From positions 434,001 to 498,000 of the forward strand of contig AP026152.1 in assembly GCA_030295235.1 (NCBI GenBank): 64,000 nucleotides of DNA. The letters run 5' to 3'. Position 1 is the stretch's first letter; each line of letters starts with the position of its first letter. Positions 11,519-23,286 of this stretch are shown piece by piece. Both the position numbers and the translations under genes were made by a program. The stretch is from Fistulifera solaris. Taxonomy: Eukaryota. The notes under the pieces are model-generated. The model was not told the origin of the DNA. It was given only the letters and a program-made list of their open reading frames with translations, and ran no database searches.

Positions 11519-12980
11519 CTAAGCTCCCCCATAGTTCTCCTCTTCCGAACGGCGGCTCGTGTAATAATTTCCAAACACATCCATGTTTGGGTTGAAAACA
11601 CGTTCTACATCTCTTTCAAAATCTTCGTATAGGTCATTCGCGCGATCTTCCGCTTCAAAAACCCGACAGCTGCCCGCGATGCGCTCATGGATACGCTGCT
11701 TTCGACAATCCAAGACATTCGAGATTCGCGATCTAGCCCATGAGCGAAATATTTCCGCAACGGTACCGAAGAGGGAATGCGTGACAGCCGGGCCAGTCGG
11801 AGCCTCGAGCCTCGATAAACATCATCTGAGGTGTTGATAAGACAGCCGCTCCCAGCAGATTGTCTGCGGTTAGGGACAACATTAAAATCTCTTCGTCGAT
11901 TTCCGTCGCGTTCAGAATCAGTGGGCGCAAGTTTTGAATGAACGGAACTGTACAAAGGGCGGGACGAAATTCTCCCGCCTTCACGCTGACACAGTCAGGG
12001 TACGCTCTCAACAGAAGAACAACTATTTCTTGAACCAGTGGTCGGTTGCAACGATGTGCCAGCATATGAATCGGTAAGTATCCACGATCCTTTACTTGCT
12101 CGCGGGTTAGATCAGGATGGGCGGTAATGAGGAAACGGCAAATTTTTGCCAATGTAAGTGCGCGTTGGCTGGACGTTTCTGTACGGTCTTCCTCCATTAC
12201 TTCCAAATGCAATTCATCTCTTTCACCAAGCCTCAGGCATAATTCATGCAAAATAGTATATCCGCGATCGATTTTCACATACACAACGCCTGGGTACTAT
12301 TCGGCCATCCAGATGAAGAGATCCGGGTCGGGTAGTTCCGGTCCAGCTATGCTTATTGACAGAGGGTAGCCGCCCCTTATCCGATACGGTGATCTATCCT
12401 TCTCTTGAAGTCCTTGTGGGTATAAATCGTAAAATTTCCACACGGTTTCTGTCGAACAGTGGCGCTCGGCGTAACAACGCATCATGTTTAAGTGTGATGG
12501 ATTCTTTCGACATACTCTGTGCGCAAACACCCATACGTAGTGCTCAGCGATCCATAGAAGCAAGTCGCAAGTCTCAGGATAGTTCCCTATTAAATGAACT
12601 GGTGCACGTTTTCCTGAGCCTCTCCTATAGCGCCGTTTCCAGAGCAGTGCATGCGGGTTGGCTTCAATGAGCAGCTTGGTACTGGTGTTACTTTGGTCAC
12701 GATGGCCTATCATTTCGCAGGACACGTCGAGTAATGACCACATTCTTTTTTGCGTGTTGACGACACGAGCGAGGATCGGATCCTTGACAAGAGCATCGCT
12801 CAAACTTTCATAGAAAGAACTCGCTATAGCTGCTACCAATTCGAAACCCAAAAGTCGAGCTTCATGTCCTGAGAAAAGATCGTAGCCCTCCCAAAACAAG
12901 GAAGTAAACGTTTCATGCAGCTCCGCTGTAAGTTCGGTATCTAATACTGGCTTGAATGACTCGGTTTTCTCGTATGCCAT
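11519..12980 (-). pseudogene. Array paralog C, inactivated
   Basis: In-frame TAG at 12297-12299 where other copies have Gln (WMAEQYP). A 7-bp tandem duplication GAGCCTC (11800-11813) shifts the frame before SLFGTVAEIFRSWARSRIS. Confidence 0.8.
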
Positions 12981-13361
12981 GATGCCATGATGACTTTCGT
13001 TTCAAGTAAAGAAAAAATGTCGTCTTGTTTCATTTGGGTCGCAACAGAATAGCGCAGACGTGCACGATGACAGTCGTGGCGCAATACCAGGTATGTCGAT
13101 ATGCGATGCCGCTTGTCTGCCGCAAAAGTTTGCTGAGAGTTAGGGTTACTATATTCAATACGAGCAATAAAAAACTTTAGTGCCAAGTGCCAACCAAGCT
13201 GACAACAACTAGACCCAACCCTCTCCGCGAAGAGAGTAGCTTGTGACCAAAAGACAAATCATTCGAATAGATTGAGAGATTGTTTTCGCAAGCTGTATGG
13301 AGTAAACTTTTTCAACGTTCTCCGATCCTTATTTCTTTCCTTATTTCTTTAGATAAAAAAA

Positions 13362-15161
13362 TCATCGTTTTCGTTTGCGCCCCGCTTCATACTCAAGTGC
13401 GAACTCACTAGCTTCTTGCTTCCGGCCGCCTGTACAAGTATCGACTTCGATATAAGCGTCGTATCGTGTATCGACGATCTGGGACGCGCACTCTCCATTC
13501 CAGTTCTCTTCTTGTACGATTTCGTCGACTACGTCGCTGCCCCTTCTATTTACTGTTTCATGTTCACGACCAGCATCCTCGGTGGAAAAGCCGTCGGCCT
13601 TTTCATAGACATTCTCTAGCGTCAGATCGTCACTCCTCACCTCTTCCCCGGTTTCGTGCTCTACTTGTTCATCAATGTCATCAACAACATCGTCGATTTC
13701 TGCTTCTGAGAATTCATCAGGACCTAGATTATCTACCGAAGGATCTCCGTCTCTGTCGCCCTCGTCTTCGAAGTTATTATAGAGATTTTCGTCGCGGTTT
13801 AAATTGTCGTCTTCTTCCCCGATTTCGTTAAGATCATTGTCGTCTGCTTCGTCCCAGTCCACAAGTTCCGCTATTTCGTCGGAAACATCCATGATATTGC
13901 AAAAACCTTTCATGTAGCTTTGATATATTTGTTTCTCTGGCAATAAATCACCGGAGATTCTCAGCTCCACCCAGCAACGGAAGACTTCAGAGACGGAGTT
14001 AAAGAGAGAAGAATGCAAACCTTTTATCGGTTCAGTCGATGTTCCGAAATTGTTTGCTGGAAGATCCGTTGCATCTACCATGTTTTGGGAGCATTGTACT
14101 AGCAACGCGATCTCCTCTTCAATCGCTAACTCTGCGAGAATGAGCGGATGGACGCGACGGATGAATCGGACACGGGAAAGTTCGGAATACACATTGCCCG
14201 CCTTTACTTGCACACACTCGGGGTACGCTTTCAGCAAGAGAATTACGATTTGCTGTACAATCGGTCGATTGCAACGGTGGGCTAACATGTGAATTGGCAA
14301 GTAACCATCGTCGTCTTTCTGGCGGATCAATTGAGGATGCTTAGAAATAAGGAAACGGCATATCTTTGCCATGTTGGGCGAACATTTGAAGGGTTTAGGA
14401 AAAACTAGATGCGTGTCCCTTTTCTCAGCCAACGAGGCACAAACTTCGTGAAGCAAAGTAAAGTTTTCACCGTAGTCGTCGTGAACTGCCTCAGGGTACT
14501 GCTCCGCCATCCAGATAAACAGATCGGCATCTGGCTCATGGCGCCCTGTCAGACTGACCATTAACGGGTTACCCAAGCGGCCCTCTTCACCTTTCTCGGC
14601 AAGCCCTTCTGGGTACAACTCATAGAATTTTCGTATTTCTTGTGTATGCTCCAAGCAGCAACTTAAGTCGTTGACAGAGCATTTTACCATTGACAAATGA
14701 GGGGGATATTGTTGACATAACTCGTGCTTGAATATCCACGGATAGCGCTCCACAATCCAGGGAAACAGCACAAAATTATCGGTGTGCCCCGTTAACATGT
14801 AAATGGGACCGCGGTAAACTTTATTATCAGTATCGGCCCATAGTAGCGCATGCGGATTTGCTTCGATGAGAAATTTAATTGCTTTATGACATAAGTAGAG
14901 AGTTCTGTCGCACACAATTTTTAGCAGCGTCCACTTGCGATGATTGTATACGTAAACAGTCCGAGCCAGAATAGGATGTGCCGAGACCGATTCCTTTATG
15001 TGTTGATACAAACGCTCGGCGGCGGAATCTATGTCGTCGAAATCGTCATGCTGGCAAACGGCGCAGATCTCGTCGTACAAGACATGAAACTCGTCGTGCA
15101 ATTCTGCTGGCAAATCTGTATCCAGAACTGGCTCGAACTCTTCGGGTATCTCGTATGACAT
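13362..15161 (-). CDS. Array paralog D (599 aa) with long D/E-rich tail ending RKRKR
   Basis: Start MSYEIPEEFEPVLDTDL at 15161; all family motifs present; intact ORF. Confidence 0.85.
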   Translation of the reverse strand: MSYEIPEEFEPVLDTDLPAELHDEFHVLYDEICAVCQHDDFDDIDSAAERLYQHIKESVSAHPILARTVYVYNHRKWTLLKIVCDRTLYLCHKAIKFLIEANPHALLWADTDNKVYRGPIYMLTGHTDNFVLFPWIVERYPWIFKHELCQQYPPHLSMVKCSVNDLSCCLEHTQEIRKFYELYPEGLAEKGEEGRLGNPLMVSLTGRHEPDADLFIWMAEQYPEAVHDDYGENFTLLHEVCASLAEKRDTHLVFPKPFKCSPNMAKICRFLISKHPQLIRQKDDDGYLPIHMLAHRCNRPIVQQIVILLLKAYPECVQVKAGNVYSELSRVRFIRRVHPLILAELAIEEEIALLVQCSQNMVDATDLPANNFGTSTEPIKGLHSSLFNSVSEVFRCWVELRISGDLLPEKQIYQSYMKGFCNIMDVSDEIAELVDWDEADDNDLNEIGEEDDNLNRDENLYNNFEDEGDRDGDPSVDNLGPDEFSEAEIDDVVDDIDEQVEHETGEEVRSDDLTLENVYEKADGFSTEDAGREHETVNRRGSDVVDEIVQEENWNGECASQIVDTRYDAYIEVDTCTGGRKQEASEFALEYEAGRKRKR

Positions 15162-15727
15162 TCTGGCTTTCGTTTTGAATGATAAATTAAAGAGGATGAA
15201 TAACTTAAGAAACGACGAACAAAATGCGAACAAAAACCCGGCTTGACTGAACTTTCAGTCCCGGAGGCTAGAAGCATCTTTCTCACTATTATCGTTCCGC
15301 TTCTTCACATCTTTCCTTTCACAGCAACGGCATGACTAGACTAAATCGAAACCAAAGAGGAAGGCAGTCAAGGTTGAAAAGCGTTACTTTACGAAAATAA
15401 AACTTATATTACAAGCGGGGGCGACCTCGAAAAGACTTTATTAGGGTGTAGATAATTTATGCTAACCAAAGACACGAGTCCATTATCTCGCGAATATTTC
15501 ATCGCTTTCCTTTTCACCCCCGACTATTCAAGCACACTGCGGTGTGAATCTTCCGCTTATAGATTTCGCTAAAAATAATGGTATCTCTGTCATTTTGACG
15601 GTTTTAAGCGCTTCCTACTGCATGAAAAGACAAAACAACTTCAGGCTTCAGCTTCTCCGGTTTATTTTTAATCGATTGTGACGACTCGTGACTGCCATCG
15701 CCTTCGGTGAAGCAAATAAGAGCGGTA

Positions 15728-17339
15728 TCATCGTTTTCGTTTCAGTCCACACTCAAATGTAAACATATGAACTTGATTCCGGTTGCCGGTATCGACTTCT
15801 CTGAGACCACCTCCTCCGTCATTGGCGATCTCGACAGCACGAGCTTCATTCCCGTTGTTTTCTTGTGCGATTTCGTCGGGTCTGTCGATGTCTCTATTTA
15901 ATGGTTCCGGCGCATGATCTTCGCTCCTGTCCTCTTCCGCCTCGACATTACTGGGAATGTCGTCGTTCTCAGAGTTGGCATCATCTTCGTTGTTACCGTG
16001 CGAGGCATCGTTGTCCTCTCCAATCGAGCCGTCTTCCTCCAACTCTTCGTCTGATTCGTCGGCTCCTTCGAGGATACGTCCGAAGTATTCAATGGAATTT
16101 TGAAATAATTGTTTCTCTTTTGATAGATCGGAAACTCTGAGATTCGCCCAAGAGCAAAATACTTCCGAAAGGGATTCGAAGAAAGAGGATTTCGCTACGG
16201 ATTGGGCTGCTGCAGTTGACGAAGAAATGTTTCTTGAAGGCATCTTTGCTGCTTCGATCACATTTCGCGATATCTGTTTCAAGGAGGCACTCTCTTTCTC
16301 GAGTCTCGATATTACAAAAGCAATCGGATGAGCCACCCGAATGAACGGAAGCGATAACAGCTTGGGATTTTCTAAGACGCACTCGGGATAAGCTTTCAGC
16401 AAAGAACCACAATTTGCTGCACGAGTGGCCGATTGCAACGATGCGCAAGCAAATCAAATGGCAAACACCCGTCATCATCTTTCTGCTGAATCAGATGAGG
16501 ATACTTAGAAATGAGGTAGCGACAAATATTGGCCGTGTCAGGACAGCATTTGTTGGTTTTTGGCATGCGTGTATCTTCTTTTTCGGTCAGTAAGGAACAC
16601 GCCTGATGCAGCATGTTACAACCTCCCGGGAAAATGTCGTTTACAGCTTCGGGATATCTTTCTGCCATCCAGATAAACATTTCCGCATCGGGTGCCCTCC
16701 AACCCAGCATTGTCACCGAAAGCGGGTATCCGAAGCGATTTGCTTCGTCTTTTTCACCGAGCCCTTGCGGGTATAACTCATAAAATTCTCTACAAGCCTC
16801 AATGTTTTCCAGAGTACAGATGTCGTTGAAGATACCGTGCACCATCTTTAGGTGGGGCGGAACCTTTGACACATTTCACTTTGAAAAATCCATGGATAGC
16901 GCTCCACAATCCATGGAAGCAACACACTGTGCCAAGTATCCTCCGCAATCATATAAATGGGTGCACCTTGGTGATATTTGTAAGGATCACCGCCATTTGA
17001 CCACAGTAGGGCATACGGATTCGCCTCGATTACGAGCTGGATTGTTTTGCAGCACTCTCCAAGAGTCTCATCGATAAGAATTTCCAAAAGCGACTGCTTG
17101 TCTGTTTTGTCGATCGTTCGGGCAAGAATAGGATTGGCTGAGATCTCTTCCTGTACGGTTTGGTGCAAGCGGTCAGCGGCGACGTCTATAGATTCTACAG
17201 ATTCTTCTTCTTCGCCACCGTGAATGATCCTTCTAAAGTCAAAGACCTCCTTCAACAACGCATGAAACTTGTTGCGCAACTCTGGTGACAAATCCGTATC
17301 TAACAATGGCCTAACTAGCTCGGTTGATTCGTGTGACAT
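15728..17339 (-). CDS. Array paralog E, split into three ORFs by two 1-nt deletions; tail ends LKRKR
   Basis: MSHESTELVRPLLDTDLSPEL start. Frame breaks at ~16860 (C-run; CQRF/PPHLKM) and ~16400 (T-run; IVVL/LKAYPEC) are each repaired by one added base. Confidence 0.75.
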
Positions 17340-17776
17340 GTTGTGTTCTTTCAGATAATTGTGATTGTTATTATAGAGCGTTGAGAAGCAATGCGATGAC
17401 TCGCACTAGTGCTTTCGCAACAAACGGCGTCGAACATGCTTTTCTTCATGTTTTTGGAGGGAGAAAAGCAGCCTCGCGGTTCGCGCACTTTGATCGGCTA
17501 AACAAATGGACCGACGGGCTCGCACTGGATCCCGGTCACATCAAACATAGAAGAATGAATACCGGTACCAGGTACCGTATCGTCGCGGGCACGAACGCCA
17601 TGCTAAAACGCAAACACAAAGCAACGCGCGCGCAAAGGTGTCCATTGCGTACGTATGTCGTCCGTATTCCGCATGCCGATGCGATCGACCAAGCGTTTTG
17701 ATTATTTTTGATAAGTAATTGTTCCGTTTCATTTTCCTTCTTGTTCATAGCTGCTTTTACACTTTCAAAATACATT

Positions 17777-19267
17777 ATGCGGTGTAAACATCCCTATATC
17801 AAGCTCCATTCAGTATTCTTGCTGTTAATTTTCTCATCAATATGCCGGACAAATGCGTTTCTTTTATCACCTGCCCAGCAAAGGACGATAGTTCGATCTT
17901 CTTTTCATCGAACAGAGTTAGATGCAATCAAACGTCCCAACAAGCCGACTGGTAATGCTACAAGCAACAAAAACAAAGCAAACGGTAATAATAACAAAAA
18001 GAAAAAAGCCTCAGCTGCAACAGCCCCGAACTTCGTCATCAGCTTCCCCTTCAGAACCTGCGAAAAGAAAGACAGTAGTAGAAAGACCAAAAGCTCGACA
18101 CCGCCGTGGCAAGTCCTCAGTACAAAAGAGGCAAAAGCTAATATATCGAAAGAAATAGATCGAAGGAACCAAATCAAAGAGGGGCTGGCGCCCACTCATC
18201 GACCTACGGCATCCAAAAACTCATCTCGCGAGTCGAAGATCCTGTCGAAGGATTTTCTCGCGGACGCAGATCGTAAATTGTTGAATTGGAAACCATTCAA
18301 TCCCGATAAAGCAATCATGGGTATGAAAATGGTCGGCGCTTACTTGGATGACCGTCAACTACCGCCCCGCTTGGGTGTACCCGAGGTGGCTTTCTTGGGT
18401 CGATCCAACGTGGGCAAATCGAGTCTCCTCAACCGACTCACCGCCTCGGCCGTCCAATCCTCTACCAAAGCGCGTGTCGGCAAAACACCGGGTGCAACTG
18501 CGAGTGTAAACCTTTACTCGCTGTACAATCGTAAGGAAAAGGATCTACTAGGATTTGTCGATTTGCCCGGGTTCGGTTTCGCTAAATTGTCGAAGGATAC
18601 CAAGGCGGCCGTCGAAGCGGCAGCCGAAAATTATCTCGGCAAACGAAAAGAACTAATGCTGGGTATACTATTAGTGGATATTCGGAGAATACCGAGCGAA
18701 GATGATCGTGCCGTATTGGCGGCCTTGTTTGATATGGGAGTGCCCATTGCCGTCGTCGCCACCAAGACGGACAAGATTTCGTCGTTGAATGAACGAGAGA
18801 AACAGTTACTGGAAATCAATCAACAATTGGGTTTGCCGGAAGGTCAGCCACTCTGTGTGAGCAGCGTGACGGGCGAAGGAATTCGCGATTTGTGGAGAAT
18901 CGTTTTAGAGGCATGCGAAGCGGGTGTAGCCGAGAAATTCGCACAGTATCAAGAAAAGTCTGAAGAAACGGACGATGAGGACGACTATGACGATGACGAA
19001 GAAGAAGAAGGTATGGGTGCGTTCGAAGACTCAGAGGATATAGTTTACGATCAGGGCTATGACTGGGTCCATGGAAATTATTATGAGGGTGATACGGATG
19101 AGGAAGACGGCGAATATTTGGGAGATGATGATTCGTACGAATTTGAGGACGACGATGATTTCTTTTACGACCCCGATATTTCCAATGTACAGAATAATTC
19201 TCCCAAAGAAACACTCAAGGAACTAAGAAAAAGAGTCCGAGATATGGAACGAAGAGGGGATGTGTAA
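17777..19267 (+). CDS. engB: Plastid-targeted EngB/YihA (YsxC) ribosome-biogenesis GTPase with acidic C-terminus
   Basis: PEVAFLGRSNVGKSSLLN, KTPGAT, DLPGFG, TKTDK, SS; signal peptide ...TNA-F. Confidence 0.9.
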   Translation: MRCKHPYIKLHSVFLLLIFSSICRTNAFLLSPAQQRTIVRSSFHRTELDAIKRPNKPTGNATSNKNKANGNNNKKKKASAATAPNFVISFPFRTCEKKDSSRKTKSSTPPWQVLSTKEAKANISKEIDRRNQIKEGLAPTHRPTASKNSSRESKILSKDFLADADRKLLNWKPFNPDKAIMGMKMVGAYLDDRQLPPRLGVPEVAFLGRSNVGKSSLLNRLTASAVQSSTKARVGKTPGATASVNLYSLYNRKEKDLLGFVDLPGFGFAKLSKDTKAAVEAAAENYLGKRKELMLGILLVDIRRIPSEDDRAVLAALFDMGVPIAVVATKTDKISSLNEREKQLLEINQQLGLPEGQPLCVSSVTGEGIRDLWRIVLEACEAGVAEKFAQYQEKSEETDDEDDYDDDEEEEGMGAFEDSEDIVYDQGYDWVHGNYYEGDTDEEDGEYLGDDDSYEFEDDDDFFYDPDISNVQNNSPKETLKELRKRVRDMERRGDV

Positions 19268-19320
19268 ACTGACATTTAGTAACAAATAGGTAGATTAATT
19301 CGCCAAATTTATGTGCGCTT

Positions 19321-20292
19321 TCACTCTTTGGCGGCTTGCAACAGCGCGTTGCGCATCTCACTACTATCCTTGCTCGAAGAAGGAACAAACGTTGTCTTAC
19401 AATGGGGAGCGGATCCGACACTTTGAATCATATCAAAGTATTGAGTGAGGAGTAACAGGTCCATGACATCTTTCGTACCAGCACCTTGTACATTACTGGA
19501 AAAGTCCACAATGCTTGATCTCAAACCATCGACAATAGCCTTGCGCTGTTTCGAAACTCCCACACCGGATAAATACTTCGATTCTGCTTCCGCTTCGGCT
19601 GCTTTGACTTGAAGAATCTTGTCTCCTTCCGCCCGTTCCGCAATCGCATACTTCAATCGCTTCGAACTGTTAATTTCGTTCATGGCATTCTTGTTGTATC
19701 CATAGTGTGAGTATCATGCGATTCGGCCGACTATTCTTTAGCTTCGACAACTTACTTTGACACGTTGATCCGGATCGAGATCGGTGATCAGCACTTGTAC
19801 AATTTGATACCCATAATTCGTCATCGTTTCTGCTAGAGCATTCTTTACCGTCAATGCCAATTCTTCTTTGGCTTCAAAGACAGCATCGAGTTCCAAGCTT
19901 GGAAGTTCCGAGCGCATGACCTATACAGCAAGAGCGAAAGCGGTAAGAAGGAGGAGTAAGTCCGAAATACAAAGAACCGTAGTACGTACATCGTACACAT
20001 GCGCCGTAATTTGTTGGGTGGGATTGGTGAGCGCATAGTAGGCATCAAACACTTTTTCACGCAACACTTGATACTGCACCGAAACGACCGCCATGAGAAA
20101 GACATTGTCGAGTGTTTTGGTCTCCACTCTCACATTGAGTTGCTGCACACGAAAAGATAACTTCCCCACGAGTTGCTCCATGGGACAAATGGTGTAATTG
20201 AACCCAGGTTGCACCAATCGCGAAAAGAGACCAAAGCGTTCGACCACTCCGACTTCGGCGGTCTGAATAATGAAGCAGCATGGAAAACACAT
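19321..20292 (-). CDS. Hypersensitive-induced response (HIR)-type SPFH/band-7 protein; introns 19921-19989 and 19690-19755
   Basis: RVQQLNVRVETKTLDNVF, AYYALTNPTQQITAHVYD/VMRSELP, AMNEIN, AEAEAESKYLSGVGVSKQRKAIVDGLR, DVMDLLLLTQYFD; Cys-rich N-terminus MCFPCC. Confidence 0.92.
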
Positions 20293-20831
20293 GATGAATA
20301 ATGGCGGTGATATTCGCAAAAGATGAGGTGCAATGATTTGAACGGAAAAGAGGATCGCAATGAGCTTATCAAGGCTCTTCCTTCTGCAAAAACGTCAATA
20401 ATACGTTTCTCTACTAATGCCGGGGCGTATTTGTATTGGTTGAACGACTTTGAACGATACCGGGTTGGGGCGAAACATAAAAGATTGCAACAACATCAAA
20501 ATGCAAGGCGAGCTTCCGATTCGATTGAGCTCTTCAGTTTTCACTATCGAATACGGAGTACTTTGTAATGATATCTTGCGAGGCCGGGCTCTACATTACT
20601 CCGTATTTATTATTTGTGACTTTGAATACCGCTACGAATGTCGGGTACCGGATCCCTCGAAAAAGATCGCGCAATAAAGATTTCGACGCGTTGGCGACGC
20701 GACGATGACACACTTTCCCGATAATTATGCGACGAAACAGATTCAAGTTCGCACCGCGTCCTTTCTATTTTTGTTGCGAGTGCGTGAAGTAGACTATGTG
20801 AAGTGTGAAAACGATGCCATTTTTCGTGAAT

Positions 20832-21109
20832 CCTTGAAATTTTACTATGAAACGGAATGTTAGTTTACGCCAGCCAAGACTGGATTGTACAGTAGCCATA
20901 AACCGAACAACAAAGGGTTCCGTTTTGTGTCATTCAATTGCGAATATAATTATATTTACGGGTAAATAACGTCGCAGCAATAATGATTCTCAACTACTTG
21001 TTAAGAGTTTCTCATATTTTCACGTCGAAAATCCGAGGATGGACACCTTGAATTTTCACTATGAAACAAAGTGTTGGTTTACGCCAGCCAAGACTGGATT
21101 GTACAGTAG
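20832..21109. repeat. Two copies of a ~64-bp direct repeat (20832-20895 and 21046-21109) with a perfect 33-bp core
   Basis: gtttacgccagccaagactggattgtacagtag at 20863-20895 and 21077-21109; flanking ccttgaa..tt.actatgaaac also shared. Confidence 0.9.
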
Positions 21110-21227
21110 TCATGAAACACAATTGTTTCATTCAGCTCGCACGCAGTCGCATTCATGGGGACCATGGGACAATAAAGCATTCTTTGGCAAAGAAAACACC
21201 TGATTAGCATTCTAGACAATAAGCAAC

Positions 21228-22550
21228 ATGACATACGAGATTCCCGATGAGCCCGAGGCAATCCTTGATACGGCATTGCCACCGGAAATGCAGAAAGCGT
21301 TTCGTGCACTCTTCTGCCATCCTGTCTTCGACTTTCCCATCGCTTATGATAGAAAGCACGAGCCAGCGGAAGAGGCGGCTATGCTCTTGTATCAAGACAT
21401 CAAAAAAGAACTTTCGGCGCATCCCATCCTGGCGCGTACAATCAACTTAAACAGACAGACACGCCCGTTTTCAAGACAGACACTCTTAGAAAAAGTCATC
21501 GTAGACCGAACCAGTGCCTGTCGGGACACTATTCAGTTCCTCATTGAGGCAAATCCACACGCCTTGATATGGGAGCATGGAGTTCGTCGTCATGGTTGTC
21601 GTGGCATTCCAGTCGCACTGATTCATCTGCTAGGGGAAAGCTACTGGGGAGAAGGACTACTTCCGTGGATAGTGGATAAATATCCTTGGGTATTTCAGCA
21701 CCCACTGTGTCAAAAATTTCCACCGCATATTGCGATGGTGAGATCATGGGTCCGCACTCAATGTGACTTGGAAACCGTTCGAAACTTCTATAAATTGTAC
21801 CCACAGGGACTCCGCGAGAAAGAACACAAGTCCTATCCGCTATGGGTTAGTCTAAGGGGATACGTTGCGCCCAATTCAGACTTCTTTATCTGGATGGCGA
21901 AACAGTATCCAGAGGCTGTATATTACGAACCATCTCGCGGTTATACTCTACTGCACGATTTCTGTGTTTTACTTGCCAAGCAAGTCGTGAAATCTTCCGA
22001 GTGGTCCACGATGAACGTGGCAAACATATTCCGCTTCCTCGTTTCGGAACATCCCAGTCTAGTTCGACAAACATACAGCGGATGGTTGCCCATTCACTTT
22101 CTTGCTCGTTCTTGCGAGTGGCCCATTGTACAAGAAGTTGTGATTCTTTTGTTAAGAGCGTACCCCGAGAGCGTACGAACAAGATCTACGAATGCGCACA
22201 TGACGGAGCTCTCTCAGGTCCCATTTATCCAGGCAGTGCATCCATTCATCGTAAAAGAACTGGAAATCGATGACGAGATTGCGTTGCTGAATCCAATTTC
22301 GGAAAATTTAATTGAGGCAGCCAGTGTATCGACGACTCATCGAGTTTCATTGACGAGTGCAAGCGATGATAGTTCTGCACGGATTGCTGCTATTTTTGAT
22401 TCCCTTTCTATAGCGTTTCAGTGTTGGGCCAATCAACGAGTGGATGCTTTATCAGTACAGAAGCAGCAAATTGCAAAGTCTCTTGATGAAGCGGGTAAGC
22501 GGTTCTTAGCAGTACGCGACAACAGCAGTAACGACCACTCAGAGGATTGA
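21228..22550 (+). CDS. Array paralog F (440 aa), essentially lacking the acidic tail
   Basis: MTYEIPDEPEAILDTALPPEM, AHPILART, FLIEANPHAL, FYKLYPQGL, FIWMAKQYP, WLPIHFLARSC; intact. Confidence 0.85.
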   Translation: MTYEIPDEPEAILDTALPPEMQKAFRALFCHPVFDFPIAYDRKHEPAEEAAMLLYQDIKKELSAHPILARTINLNRQTRPFSRQTLLEKVIVDRTSACRDTIQFLIEANPHALIWEHGVRRHGCRGIPVALIHLLGESYWGEGLLPWIVDKYPWVFQHPLCQKFPPHIAMVRSWVRTQCDLETVRNFYKLYPQGLREKEHKSYPLWVSLRGYVAPNSDFFIWMAKQYPEAVYYEPSRGYTLLHDFCVLLAKQVVKSSEWSTMNVANIFRFLVSEHPSLVRQTYSGWLPIHFLARSCEWPIVQEVVILLLRAYPESVRTRSTNAHMTELSQVPFIQAVHPFIVKELEIDDEIALLNPISENLIEAASVSTTHRVSLTSASDDSSARIAAIFDSLSIAFQCWANQRVDALSVQKQQIAKSLDEAGKRFLAVRDNSSNDHSED

Positions 22551-23286
22551 TTAAGATTTCGAAAATGATTCGCCTAAAATGCTTTTGTACCGTAAGATGA
22601 GCAAGATGGCGTCTGTTGGGAGCCCACGTGGATCACCGATAAAGTTTCTACGAATTACATCCGCATTTGTAGTAGTTGCCCCTCGAAAATGAGATCGCAA
22701 GCTCCAAGCCAATTCATCTATAAGCGCCCTCAAGAGACTAGAAAAGCCGAAACACTGCCTGTTGAATACCTCGTAAGGAGCAAGGAAGCACCTTAGATTT
22801 TCTGGAGAATACTCCGAAATGTATATGAATTATCAGCTTATCAGGTCCTGCGTACAGAGTACTGGTAGTGGTAGCAGGTACCATTAAGGACGTAAGGTTA
22901 TACTCCGTAAATAATTTGGTTCTAACTTCTAACCATACTGTAGAATTTTCCTTGTCAGTGTCAGATCCACGAATGAATCGCACCGCTTTAATAATAACTC
23001 GGAAGTTCGATGGCGTGCAGCCAGCAAAAGAAAAACAAAGCGGATTTTATTGTAAATAAGAAAGCGTGTTTTTGATTTCTGAATAAAAGGTGAGATGAGA
23101 AATGATTTATCGTCGAAAGTATGATGCTTGATCTTTCAAAAGACCTGTTCAATCACCGGTACCCTTACAAGTCTTGTCTCGACCACTCCCCCCTTTGTCA
23201 AGTGAACAAGAATTGCTTTGCGACTTTTGCTGTCGAATAGTTCTCTTATATCTTTATGAAACTACCTGATTGAAAAGTGCAACATC

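Noticed and set aside
12297..12299. Stop-codon readthrough or TAG reassignment in paralog C
   Set aside because: The same copy has an independent 7-bp frameshift, and TAG terminates other genes here (e.g. AP-4 mu, the phosphatase)
20832..21109. CRISPR-like repeat-spacer
   Set aside because: Only two copies, spacer far too long, eukaryotic context, no cas genes
22551..23059. Short ORFs between paralogs F and G
   Set aside because: No family motifs or other recognisable similarity; cannot be supported as genes
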